Source: Orbicella franksi | Taxonomy: Eukaryota | Length of the DNA stretch: 64,000 nt | Direction of reading: 5' to 3' | Assembly (NCBI GenBank): GCA_964199315.1 | Contig: OZ116698.1 | Coordinates: 19,902,001 to 19,966,000 of the forward strand | Shown: positions 15,101-26,146 of the stretch, in pieces | How positions within the stretch are numbered: position 1 is the first letter of the stretch | How the letters are laid out: each line of letters begins with the position of its first letter | Translations under genes and position numbers: made by a program | Notes under the pieces: generated by a model | Told to the model about the DNA's origin: nothing | The model's input: only the letters and a program-made list of their open reading frames with translations | The model's database searches: none

Positions 15101-15969
15101 GTGAGTGCAAATCCTACTGGACTTTACACCTGCAAGCTTTGACCCGTCCCTCAAAAATATTACTAACCTACAAAATACATGTACATGTACTCTGGTCAAT
15201 CTTTACGAGCAACTGCTCGGTATGAATTGTTTACATGTATGAACAGTGTAAATGCTTAACATGTAGATGTACATTCAGAGCACTAGTGAGTGCAACTGAT
15301 ACAGAGGGTAATATTTTAATCACCAAAACAAAGCACTCAGCCATACTTATTGAGTTGGACTTTTTCCACAGGAACATTCTGGGTAAAACTTATTGGAAAC
15401 ACCAACCAAATGGAAAATACATGCAATAGACTTGCGCCATCTTATACAACTGTAAAAGGAGCTGACAGCAAAATTTCGAAATTATCCTGGCAATATTAAG
15501 AAATCTATTCTACATGTTCGAGACTTAAGCACTAAAAATAAAACTTACTGAAGAGTCACGCGCACAACAAAAATAAACCAAGTCTGTTGGAGCAATTTGT
15601 TCCTGTTACTACATGCAAAATATGTACTAGATGCACAAACTACCACTCTAAAATTGCCCAATTTGCCGGCAAATACTTGAGATTTCTAAAATTTTACACT
15701 CAAAATTTAAAGAGTGGTCTGTGCAAAATTATGTTAATAATTATGATTACAGCATGATATAGTATCCGTACAGTAAATGTTTCACCAGTGATGTCAGAAA
15801 GCTTCTTACGTGAATATACATAAAATAATCAATGTCATACAAAACAGTTCTCTCAAGCAACAACGCAGTTAAGCTTGTAACACATACTTCCTCTCTAAGA
15901 AATAAGTATGCACGAAACAAAAATATTGTCAAGTCTTACCTTTCTTTCGATTCTACACGTAATCAGCAT
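194..15969 (-). CDS. RALGPS1: Ral guanine nucleotide exchange factor with CDC25/RasGEF and PH domains (RalGPS family), 3' end beyond left edge of window
   Basis: Hand-spliced phase-consistent GT-AG exons: 15940-15969 (tentative first exon), 13730-13876, 12735-12830, 11074-11124, 9982-10065, 9406-9495, 8394-8486, 7940-8007, 7336-7391, 6580-6659, 5806-5854, 5482-5575, 4323-4405, 3886-3952, 3040-3090, 2469-2548, 2295-2334, 1396-1463, 559-605, 194-292. Peptides [117 protein letters not shown] match RalGPS1/2. Cannot distinguish RALGPS1 from RALGPS2 orthology. Confidence 0.93.
860..1049. repeat. Palindromic MITE-like repeat
   Basis: AACAAATTGACGTCAGTTTTTCATGCGTC ... GATGCATGAAAAACTGACAACAATTTGTT. 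Confidence 0.75.
2133..2276. repeat. Palindromic MITE-like repeat
   Basis: GTGTTTGACCACATTTCCAAACACC ... GGTGTTTGGAAATGTGGTCAAACAC. Confidence 0.8.
3431..3730. repeat. Dispersed hairpin repeat family; further copies in reverse orientation at about 32790-33072 and 45790-46072
   Basis: Shared blocks GTGTTTAGATGAG..ATGTAAACACGG, TCGAAAGTTATGCAAAC, GAGGGTTTGCATAACT in all three places. Confidence 0.8.
4974..5420. mobile_element. PIF/Harbinger-like MITE with internal 13-bp minisatellite
   Basis: TIR AGGTCGGCACACAC / GTGTGTGCCGACCT, TTA duplication on both sides (4971-4973, 5421-5423); about 14 copies of AGGGACTAGTGGC at 5221-5400. Confidence 0.85.
8578..9252. mobile_element. Non-autonomous TIR element in RalGPS intron
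   Basis: ~30-bp imperfect TIR TCCAATACACC(T/C)(G/A)AT(T/C)CGTAA; CpG-rich interior with repeated GTTTGCGACATGTCGGC and GGCGGAT..CCCGATC blocks; no clear TSD. Confidence 0.7.
9610..9930 (+). repeat. tRNA-derived tandem/SINE-like repeat (~1.7 units)
   Basis: TAGCTCAGTTGGTA (A box) and GGTTCAAATCCC (B box) at 9812-9886 followed by CAAGCCTGAATTTTTTTCAGG, which also occurs at 9630-9650. Confidence 0.7.
11190..12400 (+). repeat. 1.2-kb purine-rich low-complexity tract
   Basis: Plus strand almost entirely A/G with degenerate GTGATGGAAAGGA(G/A)AG units. Confidence 0.9.
14089..14331. mobile_element. Foldback MITE (long hairpin)
   Basis: Arms of ~110 bp (AGACCATTTTGCAGTTGTCTGCTC... / ...GAGCAGACAACTGTAAAATGGACT) around a short loop. 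Confidence 0.85.
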
Positions 15970-16688
15970 CTTGTTCAAACCCCTCTCACAATTTTCATCA
16001 CGAAATATCCACTGCGTGTGATTTAAGCTTATATCCTGCTACAAAAGTTACCAATAAACTCTATTCAATCGTCAACTGATGAAAACGCTTCAAAGGCTCC
16101 TGTTAAACCGTTTTTCGTTTTTTCAAAAATCTTCCACTTCTTCAGATCTTGAAAACCTGAATGCAGATAAGCTTATATGTTCGCAGTGTTTTCAAGACAA
16201 CAGCAGCACAAGAATCGCCTTTAAATGAAACACGTATCCATAGTTTTCAGCTTCCTGTCAAAACATCTCCAGAAGTCCGGTAATGAAACTGATAGCCCGG
16301 AAGATATGATGTAAGCCTCTTCAAAGAGTCTACTATCGATAATCATGAGAGCATGTCACGGTCTTGAATGACATAGTACGCAGCACGTGACTCGCAAACG
16401 TTTCAGTAGAAATTTGAGCCGCGAAGCTTCTCTGCCAGAACTTCTACTGTGTACAAACTGGCATATTTTACGAGTAGAGCGCCAAGCGACAGGTATAAAA
16501 GGTAAACAAAAGATCGTCACAGCAAGCCTTTTCTTTCAAAAACTACAGTGAACATAACACGTCACGCAGGGTCCACGCAGGGCTCACTTCTGCTCATGCT
16601 CTTTCTGATTGTCCGCTGCTCATTCTAACTGCATGCGCAAAATAGGTGTTGCAATGAGTTCTGCAATGAACTAAAGTGTTAGTCGAAT
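15970..16688. promoter_or_regulatory. Putative bidirectional promoter between RalGPS and RIOK1
   Basis: Divergent coding starts ~720 bp apart; CpG-richer than neighbouring introns; CACGTGAC at ~16385, TATAAAA at ~16494, TGCATGCGCA at ~16630. Confidence 0.55.
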
Positions 16689-18407
16689 ATGGCGTACGAA
16701 CAAAACGGGCAGGTTTCTGTTCACGAGGGCCAGTTTGAAGACGCCGAAGAAGATAACAGTGTTATACCTGAGTTATTGACTCATTATAGTGTAAATGAAA
16801 CCAATACAAAAGCTGAAGATCACTCAAATGAAAATCAAAATGGCGGATCAAGCGACCACGTGAAATCTTCATCGGAAGACAGCGACGATGACGATTTTGG
16901 AGAATGGGATTGGGAAGACGAAACTGGAGATTTTACTAAGCGCTACAATGCGTCAAGATCAGAGGTGAATGTTACGAACACTTCTGGCAAGCGCCAATCA
17001 ACGTTACAACCGAACGAGAAATCACTAGCAAAATTTGGTAATCGAATCAAAATTGAAAGGTATGAGGGGCCTAAATTATCGAATAAAGCCGCTAACGTTC
17101 TGATTCAAGCGAGTAAAAAGCTTGAAAATGAGAGACTGCGAGCTAAAGACAAGGCAGACAGGGCGACTGTTGAACAAGTTCTTGATCCTCGCACGAGAAT
17201 GATTCTGTTCAAAATTCTCAACAAAGGAGTGATCTGTGAAATAAATGGCTGTATCAGCACTGGTAAAGAGGCCAATGTATACCACAGTACTAATGTTGAT
17301 GGGGATGAGCGAGCAGTGAAGGTGTACAAGACTTCCATCTTAACATTTAAGGACAGGGATAGATATGTGACAGGTGAATTCAGATTTCGCCATGGTTACT
17401 GCAAGCACAACCCTCGCAAGATGGTGAAGACTTGGGCTGAGAAAGAAATGCGCAACCTGACCCGTATGTACCAAGCCAATATTCCCTGCCCAGAGCCAAT
17501 TATACTGCGCAGCCATGTTCTGGTCATGGGTTTTATTGGGACAGATGGCTGGCCAGCACCTCTGCTCAAAGATGTCACTTTGTCGCAGTCCAAAGCTAGA
17601 GAGCTGTACCTTCAGTGCATCCAGATTGTCAGAAACATTTACTGGAAATGTCGGCTTGTTCATGCTGATCTCAGTGAATTCAACATGCTGTACCAAGCAG
17701 ATAAGCTGTATGTGATTGATGTTTCCCAGTCGGTTGAACATGACCACCCACATGCATTAGAGTTCTTGAGGAAAGACTGTACCAATGTCACAGACTTTTT
17801 CAAAAAGAATTGCGTGTGTGTCATGACTGTGCGAGAACTGTTTGACTTTGTTACAGATCCAAGCATCAGTGATGACAATGTCGATGACTACCTTGAAAGA
17901 GCTCAAGCTATAGCTGCGAACCGTGGAGTCAAAGAAGAAATCCCAGAAGAATCAGTGCAAGAAGAGGTTTTTAAGAAAGCTTACATTCCTCGTACACTGG
18001 AGGAAGTTGTGGACTTTGAAAAAGATGCAGAGAGAGCTAAAAAGGGGCAAGCAGAAGAAATTTTGTACTCAACACTAACAGGTTTAAAACCAGACTTAAC
18101 AGGAGTACAAGCACAACCTGAACTCCTTAAGAACAAGCATGTTGACAGTGGGGAAAATAAAGGTGACTGTCTTGACAATAAAGAGGTTGATAGCAGTGAA
18201 AGTTCCAATGATGAAAGTGAAAGTGATGATGGAGATGATGAACAAAAGGAAAAAGTTTTGGATGAAAAAGGAACTGCTTTGAGCAAAAAAGAACACAAGA
18301 AACTTGTGAAAGAAGCCAATAGGGAAAAAAGGAAAAACAAAACGCCTAAACATGTCAAGAAAAGAAAAGAAAAGCTGGCTAAAACAAAGCGTGGAAGAAA
18401 TAGCTAA
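16689..18407 (+). CDS. RIOK1: Serine/threonine-protein kinase RIO1 (40S ribosome biogenesis factor), single exon, 572 aa
   Basis: Uninterrupted ORF with RIO motifs [51 protein letters not shown], acidic N-terminus and Lys-rich C-terminal tail typical of RIO1; AATAAA near 18555. Confidence 0.97.
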   Translation: MAYEQNGQVSVHEGQFEDAEEDNSVIPELLTHYSVNETNTKAEDHSNENQNGGSSDHVKSSSEDSDDDDFGEWDWEDETGDFTKRYNASRSEVNVTNTSGKRQSTLQPNEKSLAKFGNRIKIERYEGPKLSNKAANVLIQASKKLENERLRAKDKADRATVEQVLDPRTRMILFKILNKGVICEINGCISTGKEANVYHSTNVDGDERAVKVYKTSILTFKDRDRYVTGEFRFRHGYCKHNPRKMVKTWAEKEMRNLTRMYQANIPCPEPIILRSHVLVMGFIGTDGWPAPLLKDVTLSQSKARELYLQCIQIVRNIYWKCRLVHADLSEFNMLYQADKLYVIDVSQSVEHDHPHALEFLRKDCTNVTDFFKKNCVCVMTVRELFDFVTDPSISDDNVDDYLERAQAIAANRGVKEEIPEESVQEEVFKKAYIPRTLEEVVDFEKDAERAKKGQAEEILYSTLTGLKPDLTGVQAQPELLKNKHVDSGENKGDCLDNKEVDSSESSNDESESDDGDDEQKEKVLDEKGTALSKKEHKKLVKEANREKRKNKTPKHVKKRKEKLAKTKRGRNS

Positions 18408-18882
18408 TTACTAATTCAAGTTACATGTAACTTTGTGCACAAAAACAAATATAGAGCTGACATTGTATATAAAGATTCATAAACTGAGTCAGGATTGTAT
18501 AAGCCTGTAAATACAGTCACCTTTGTTACTCCAAGTTTTTCAGAGCTAAAAGGAATAAAAGGAAAAAAAGCCCTTAGTACATGTAGCTGCGAGTTATGTG
18601 AGATGACTGTAATTGTAGGGTAGAATTACACTGGCTTATGCTATTTCCAGTGTTCGCACTAACATTAACAATTTTTGTCAATAATTCCAAAGCACTTCCT
18701 GCGTGAACAGATTAAAGACTTAAACAGTTGACATACATGTACCAGAAATTTATTGGTAACAATGATTACAATAACCAGTTAAATAATAGCCCAGGTCTGA
18801 CATATCAAAATACTTATAGGGCACTGAGGCTTTTGGCAAACATTTTACTTATTTTCTCTTCTTCTCTTTGTATCCAGTCTTC

Positions 18883-19283
18883 TTACAACTCTCGATCGCG
18901 ACTTATAAGTAATAACTCTCGATCGCAACTTATAACTCTAGATCGCAACACATAACTCGCTATCGCAGCTTACAACTCTCGATCGCAACTTACAACTCTC
19001 GATCGCGACTTACAACTCTCGATCGCGACTTACAACCCTCGATCGCGACCAGCAACTCTCGATCACGACTTACAACTCTCGATCACGACTAACAACTCTC
19101 GATCGCGACTAACAACTCTCGATCGCGACTTATAACTCTCGACCGCAACTCATAACTCTCAATCGGGACTTAAAACTTTCGATCGCGACTTATAACTCGC
19201 GATCGCGACTTATAACTCTCGATCGCGACTTATAGCTCTGGATCGCGACTTATAACTCGCGATCGCGACCTATAACTCTCGCG
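18883..19283 (-). repeat. Inverted-orientation array of the same 20-bp satellite (~20 units)
   Basis: Units read CTCGATCGCGACTTATAACT, the reverse complement of the right array consensus. Confidence 0.95.
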
Positions 19284-19284
19284 A

Positions 19285-19560
19285 GGTTACATTGTAATTC
19301 TTGCTCTACTGCATCCACGACTCTATTGATACTTGAACGGATATTTCTCCTGCGTGGTCCACGACTTCTGAGGATCCTTTTGAGGTGCCTTAAAACTGAA
19401 TCGAATGCCATGATATACCAGCAGAAATGAGAGCACTTCCCAGTAGCTAAAAAAATCCAAGACAGAAGTAATCCTCTATCAAGGCCTCCCGATTTCCATT
19501 GCAGCTACGTAAATTAGGAATGTAATTTGGAAGAGCTTCGTGGCATGAAATCGGAAAAGG
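19285..19560 (-). mobile_element. Decayed N-terminal fragment of an IS3-like (IS3EU-type) transposase
   Basis: With two frameshifts in T-runs reads NREALIEDYFCLGF-SYWEVLSFLLVYHGIRFS-LRHLKRILRSRGPRRRNIRSSINRVVDAVEQELQC, resembling the HTH N-terminus of cnidarian IS3-like transposases (recalled, not searched); terminus-like GGCCACCGTA ends at 23014. Confidence 0.6.
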
Positions 19561-19586
19561 GCGACAAGAAAAGTCACAGCGAAGTG

Positions 19587-19742
19587 CAGTAGAATCCTGG
19601 TAACTCGAACTCGGATAACTCGAATTCCCCGCTAACTCGAACCAAGTCCCATTTTCCAAGGATTCGACCCCACTTTTCAGTCATTTTAACTCGGTTAATT
19701 CGAACTCGGATAACTCGAATTCCCCGCTAACTCGAACTAGAT
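19587..19742 (+). mobile_element. Truncated Tc1/pogo-like MITE end
   Basis: CAGTAGAATCCTGGTAACTCGAAC start and internal direct repeat GAACTCGGATAACTCGAATTCCCCGCTAACTCGAAC twice. Confidence 0.5.
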
Positions 19743-22700
19743 TTATAAGTTGCAATCGCGAGTTATAAGTCGCGATCACAAGTTATAACTTGCGATCGTG
19801 AGTTATAAGTCGCGATCCCGAGTTATAAGTCGCGATCGCGAGTTATAAGTCGCCATCGCGAGTTATAAGTTGCGATCGCCAGTTATAAGTCGCGATTGCG
19901 AGTTATAAGTCGCGATCGCGACTTATAAGGCGCGATCGCGAGTTATAAGCTGCAATCGCGAGTTATAAGGCGCGATCGCGCGTTATAAGTTGCAATCGCG
20001 AGTTATAGGCTGCGATCGAAAGTTATAAGTCGCGATCGCGAGTTATAAGTTGCGATCGAGAGTTGTAAATCGCGATCGCGAGTTATAAGTCGCCATCGCC
20101 AGTTATAATTTGCGATCGCGAGTTATAAGTTGCGATCGCGAGTTATAGGTCGCGATCGCGAGTTATAAGTTGCCATCGCGAGTTATAAGCGGCGATCGAG
20201 AGTTATAAGTCGCGATCGCGAGTTTTAAGTTGCGATCGAGTGTTATAAGTCGCGATCGCGAGTTTTAAGTTGCGATCGCGAGTTATAGGTCGCGATCGCG
20301 AGTTATAAGTCGCGATCGCGAGTTATAATTTGCGATCGCGAGTTATAAGTCGCGATCGCGAGTTATAAGTTTCGATCGCGAGTTATAAGTCGCGATCGCT
20401 AGTTATAAGTTGCGATCGCCAGTTATAAGTCGCGATTGCGAGCTATAAGTCGCGATCGCGAGTTATAAGTTGCGATCGAGAGTTACGACTCGTGATCGTG
20501 AGTTATAAGTCGCGATCGCGAGTTGTAAATCGCGATCGCGAGTTATAAGTTGCGATCGCCAGTTATAAGTCGCGACTGCGAGTTATAAGTCGCGATCGAG
20601 AGTTATAAGTTGCGATCGAGAGTTATAACTCGTGATCGTGAGTTATAAGTCGCGATCGCGAGTTATAAGTTGCGATCGCGAGTTGTAAGTCGCGATCGCG
20701 AGTTATAAGTCGCGATCGCGAGGTATAAGTCGCGATCGCGAGGTATAAGTCGCGATCGCGAGTTATAAGTTGCGATCGCGAGTTATAAGTCGCGATCGCG
20801 AGTTATAAGTTGCGATCGCCAGTTATAAGTCGCGATTGCGAGTTATAAGTCGCGATCGCGAGTTATAAGTTGTGATCGAGAGTTATAAGGCGCGATCGAG
20901 AGTTATAAGTAGCGATCGCGAGTTATAAATTGCGATCGTGAGTTATAAGTTGCGATCGCGAGTTATAAGTCGCGATCGTGAGTTATTAGTTGCGATCGCC
21001 AGTTATAAGTCGCGATTGCGAGTTATAAGTCGCGATCGCGAGTTATAAGTTGTGATCGAGAGTTATAAGGCGCGATCGAGAGTTATAAGTAGCGATCGCG
21101 AGTTATAAATTGCGATCGTGAGTTATAAGTTGCGATCGCGAGTTATAAGTCGCGATCGTGAGTTATTAGTTGCGATCGCCAGTTATAAGTCGCGATTGCG
21201 AGTTATAAGTCGCGATCGCGAGTTATAAGTCGCGATCGAGAGTTATTAGTTGCGATTGCGAGTTATAAAGTTGCGATCGGGAGTTATTAGTCGCGATCGT
21301 GAGTTATAAGTCGCGATCGCGAGTTATAAGTCGCGATCGTGAGTTATTAGTTGCGATCGCCAGTTATAAGTCGCGATTGCGAGCTATAAGTCGCGATCGC
21401 GAGTTATAAGTTGCGATCGAGAGTTACGACTCGTGATCGTGAGTTATAAGTCGCGATCGCGAGTTGTAAATCGCGATCGCGAGTTATAAGTTGCGATCGC
21501 CAGTTATAAGTCGCGACTGCGAGTTATAAGTCGCGATCGAGAGTTATAAGTTGCGATCGAGAGTTATAACTCGTGATCGTGAGTTATAAGTCGCGATCGC
21601 GAGTTATAAGTTGCGATCGCGAGTTGTAAGTCGCGATCGCGAGGTATAAGTCGCGATCGCGAGGTATAAGTCGCGATCGCGAGTTATAAGTTGCGATCGC
21701 GAGTTATAAGTCGCGATCGCGAGTTATAAGTTGCGATCGCCAGTTATAAGTCGCGATTGCGAGTTATAAGTCGCGATCGCGAGTTATAAGTTGTGATCGA
21801 GAGTTATAAGGCGCGATCGAGAGTTATAAGTAGCGATCGCGAGTTATAAATTGCGATCGTGAGTTATAAGTTGCGATCGCGAGTTATAAGTCGCGATCGT
21901 GAGTTATTAGTTGCGATCGCCAGTTATAAGTCGCGATTGCGAGTTATAAGTCGCGATCGCGAGTTATAAGTCGCGATCGAGAGTTATTAGTTGCGATTGC
22001 GAGTTATAAAGTTGCGATCGGGAGTTATTAGTCGCGATCGTGAGTTATAAGTCGCGATCGCGAGTTATAAGTCGCGATCGTGAGTTATTAGTTGCGATCG
22101 CCAGTTATAAGTCGCGATTGCGAGCTATAAGTCGCGATCGCGAGTTATAAGTTGCGATCGAGAGTTACGACTCGTGATCGTGAGTTATAAGTCGCGATCG
22201 CGAGTTGTAAATCGCGATCGCGAGTTATAAGTTGCGATCGCCAGTTATAAGTCGCGACTGCGAGTTATAAGTCGCGATCGAGAGTTATAAGTTGCGATCG
22301 AGAGTTATAACTCGTGATCGTGAGTTATAAGTCGCGATCGCGAGTTATAAGTTGCGATCGCGAGTTGTAAGTCGCGATCGCGAGGTATAAGTCGCGATCG
22401 CGAGGTATAAGTCGCGATCGCGAGTTATAAGTTGCGATCGCGAGTTATAAGTCGCGATCGCGAGTTATAAGTTGCGATCGCCAGTTATAAGTCGCAATTG
22501 CGAGTTATAAGTCGCGATCGCGAGTTATAAGTTGTGATCGAGAGTTATAAGGCGCGATCGAGAGTTATAAGTAGCGATCGCGAGTTATAAATTGCGATCG
22601 TGAGTTATAAGTTGCGATCGCGAGTTATAAGTCGCGATCGTGAGTTATTAGTTGCGATCGCCAGTTATAAGTCGCGATTGCGAGTTATAAGTCGCGATCG

Positions 22701-22883
22701 CGAGTTATAAGTCGCGATCGAGAGTTATTAGTTGCGATTGCGAGTTATAAAGTTGCGATCGGGAGTTATTAGTCGCGATCGTGAGTTATAAGTCGCGATC
22801 GCGAGTTATAAGTCGCGATCGCGAGTTATAAGTCGCTATCGAGAGTTATTAGTAACGATCGAAAGTTATAAGTCGCCATCGCG
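19743..22883 (+). repeat. 20-bp tandem satellite (AGTTATAAGTCGCGATCGCG), ~157 units with 741-bp higher-order repeat
   Basis: Direct reading; the diagnostic 1-bp insertion AGTTATAAAG recurs at 21261, 22002, 22743; exact 180-bp duplication 20821-21000/21001-21180. Confidence 0.98.
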
Positions 22884-23065
22884 ATTAATGGAATCGCGGT
22901 CGAGAGACAAAGAAAAGACGAAAAAAGAAAGCTATGCTCATCTATTAAGTCGTCAAAGCAAAATTTTTTATGTGACAGTGAAAAATATTGAGGTGTCCCT
23001 TACTGGCCACCGTAGGCACGCCTTATGCGGCTCCTGTGGATTTCCTGATGTTGTTTAACTTACAT

Positions 23066-23341
23066 TAGAGCGCTTTTTATTTGTGTGTAGAAAAGTTTTT
23101 GGTTTTACACTTACTACGCTACTCGATTTGCTTTTAAAAAAACTTGCGCCACTTTTTCGTCCGATCAGAAGTAAAACCAAAAGCAATCGTAACTTACTCG
23201 CACTCGTTTTCCCGCGCTTTGCGCCAGCTACATGAAATTACTTTGAGCTATGATTGGTTCATTGTATTCGGCTGTGTCATTTGTGATTGGCTAGAGTGAT
23301 TACTTTGGTTTTGGTCTTGGGGCACTTAATTGAAAACCGCT
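23066..23341. mobile_element. Short interspersed non-autonomous element with degenerate TIRs
   Basis: Ends TAGAGCGCTTTTTATTTG / CACTTAATTGAAAACCGCT; internal TGATTGG motifs. Confidence 0.5.
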
Positions 23342-23874
23342 GGAAGATGACATCGGAGTTTTGCTCTTACGCGTAGACCAAGGAATCGTTACATTACCAT
23401 GGCAACCCAGTAACTGATACTACTTTAAAAGAAATTTGCACCTCATAAGATAGAGGACGTGCAGGCAGATATGGTGGTAAACAACGACTTGCCTATCATT
23501 ATATGGGACGTCCCTGTGATAGTTAATTACTCAACAACGAGTGCGCACACGGTCGCCATTTTGGAATTTTAAGGTATGGAAATTTGAAATTTGGTCAGTT
23601 CGCGCCGGACTGTATTATTTCCCGTGAAGTCAGATATAGCGGGAACAAGTCCAAGCATAAATATATACTGACGGAATCAATATATGAAGAAATCTACATA
23701 CACGTAGCATTAATATTATAGAGCACACTGGATTGAAGGACACCGATTTATCCCAGTACTGGAACCTCTGACGTAGATCTGACAAAAATAAACAGACGGG
23801 CTATGAGGAAACGAGAGTGAATTTCTGGAAGTCGAAGTCGGCAGTATAAACCAAGAGATTATCAGGGTAAGTAC

Positions 23875-24410
23875 CGGGGGGAGGGGGTATTCCCTTATAT
23901 GAGCTATATTTGTATGTGCGGCCCCAAAGGGTAGGGTTTTTCAGCCGTTTTGGTCATAAATAGGGTATCGATTTTGTCCATTTTGGTCTTAACTAGGGTA
24001 TGGTCTTAGCACTCTAGTCTTGAATTGGGTATGTTTCTTAGAAGGAGCTACGTTTTCATCATTTTCAATAAGACCGTCAACAAAAGCCTTCATAACTTGT
24101 GTTTAGGGCAACCGTGCCAGCTGCAGAGGTCATAAATAGGGCATCGAATTTTTGGCCAGGTCATATACAGGGTAGCAAAATTGGCAGATGTAACACTCCA
24201 AATTCACTCGAGCTCGATGTGTACACTCTAAAAACACCTGGTTTAATTCTAACACATACTTCATGTCAGTCACACTAAATATATCATCTAACAACTACTT
24301 CGTGTAAGTCGCACAGGATATAACAGCAGATTTTGGTCATAAATAGGGTAAGGATTTTGGGAAGTGGGCTGCACACCCACACCCAACTTTTCTGGGAGTA
24401 ACTAGCCCCG
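23875..24410. mobile_element. Non-autonomous DNA-transposon-like repeat with CCGGGG..CCCCGG ends
   Basis: G/C-rich inverted ends, internal repeats TTTTGGTCATAAATAGGGTA three times; hosts the solo LTR. Confidence 0.6.
24189..24325 (-). mobile_element. 137-bp solo LTR
   Basis: TG...CA termini (TGTAACA/TATAACA), perfect 5-bp GCAGA duplication (24184-24188, 24326-24330), ATTAAA on the minus strand, interrupts another repeat. Confidence 0.8.
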
Positions 24411-25219
24411 GTGTAAGTACCTTGACAATCTATTTTACAAACCTAAAGCTAGTATAACTGGAGTCATATTGCATTATTTTGAATTGCAAAAATGACTCGG
24501 TAATACTGAAAAGAGAAGCCCCTTAGGTGGCTTCAATTTCAATATTTTATTTAAACAACAATGCCAACATATCTCAAAATATTATCAAAATACCTGGTTT
24601 GCATTTAAATAGACATTTCGATAAGCTCTTGTTGTTAAAAAAAAAAAGATCCGGTTACTTGTTACTGTTTGTTAGTGTCCTTCACTTTAATTTCCCATTG
24701 CAGTCAAAGCCGAAACAAATCATGCCTACTGCTGCAAGCTAAGACCGAATAACTAAAAAGTTTCGATCCTTGTTTATTTTCTTCATATAAGAGCAGCAAT
24801 GGTTAATTAAAAGTCTACTTTGGCCAAACCTCTGTTTGTAATCTTTGGCGTTAACTTTTCTCATTTGCATTACAATATAATCCAACATAATCCAACATGT
24901 ATGTGAGACAATTTCGGGCAATTTTGTGGTTTCAGCCCGGAATTGCCTCGCATCCACGTTGACAGATAGATATAAACTTTGTTAAAATGTCAATGCCTTG
25001 TAGCCCGGGAAAATCCAATACTAATCTGGGGACACAAAATAATTATGGGAAAAAAGAAACAATTTGAAAAAATATTCACGGTAATAATAATAACAATAAT
25101 AAATAGGTTTTAATAGTTTATTTCTTTTATTTACTTTTACCTTGTAATATACCGATATTGACGTTGAAACCCAGGAGGGAGCCATTATGTAAACACTGTA
25201 GAAAATAGTTTATTTCTTC

Positions 25220-25251
<32 letters not shown>

Positions 25252-26146
25252 GTAATAGTAATAGTAATAATAATATAAAATCTAATGTAATGCAAATCAT
25301 ATGTAATGCAAATGAGAAAAGCTAACAGTGAAACGTGCTATTGCTTCTATGGGGAAAGATAAATACATCTACATTTGAGAAAGATGTAATTTTCGAGGAA
25401 GCAAAACGTGTGACCAAAACTTTGCCATTATTATTTCATAGTTAGTAGTTACTAACTATGATTATTTGAATTACTTCCTGTTGTGTTCCCCTACTATCAT
25501 TAAAGCGATCCCTTTGAACCGATTCCCTTAAATGCAAATGAGAGCTTTGTTTTGAGATGCCTTACATCAATTAAGAAAATTTTAAATATCGATGGTACTT
25601 AACCACCCTAGGACATCCATCGAATCTCTACATTTTCCCCATCAGTGTATTTGTAGCTTTAAATTTTCAAGATCTAACGACGGAAAGCACGTGGAAGCAC
25701 GTGCAAAGTCTCCGCATAAAAATGCAATCATGTTTTCCAGCCTACTACATGACTCTAAGAAGAATAAACGGAGTAACGTTTCCGAAATGGCACTTCTATT
25801 TTTGTCTCTGAAATTGTTCCCATTTTACCCCTCACCTATCAACAAACAAATAAGTTCAAAGAGGCTATTAGATTTAAAGCTATTGTTTTTCCTTGGAAAT
25901 GAAAATGATCCGGTCACTTAAAATGTATTCCGGTCGGGTGACATGTGCAAATTATTCCTGCTTTCCGACAGGAATTAACGAGTGCAAGCTGAAAACGTCA
26001 TTTCAGTGAACTTAATGACCTGACAAGAGAGGTAGGATACAAGGCTTTCAAGATCAATGCAAGATTTCTGCCGCATGTCTAGAATCGGAATTGGGAATTG
26101 AAATTAGAATCGGAATTAGGAGCTCGTACATGTCGACTCCTTTATC

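Noticed and set aside
17076-18358. Antisense ORFs over RIOK1 and similar shadow ORFs over the TNFR exons
   Set aside because: Off-frame or antisense shadows of real coding exons with no recognisable domains.
19743-22883. CRISPR-like regular repeat array
   Set aside because: Contiguous monomers with no unique spacers, no cas genes, eukaryotic context: it is a satellite.
23392-23405. RFX X-box-like ATTACCATGGCAAC
   Set aside because: One mismatch to consensus, lies among repeats and not near a supported TSS.
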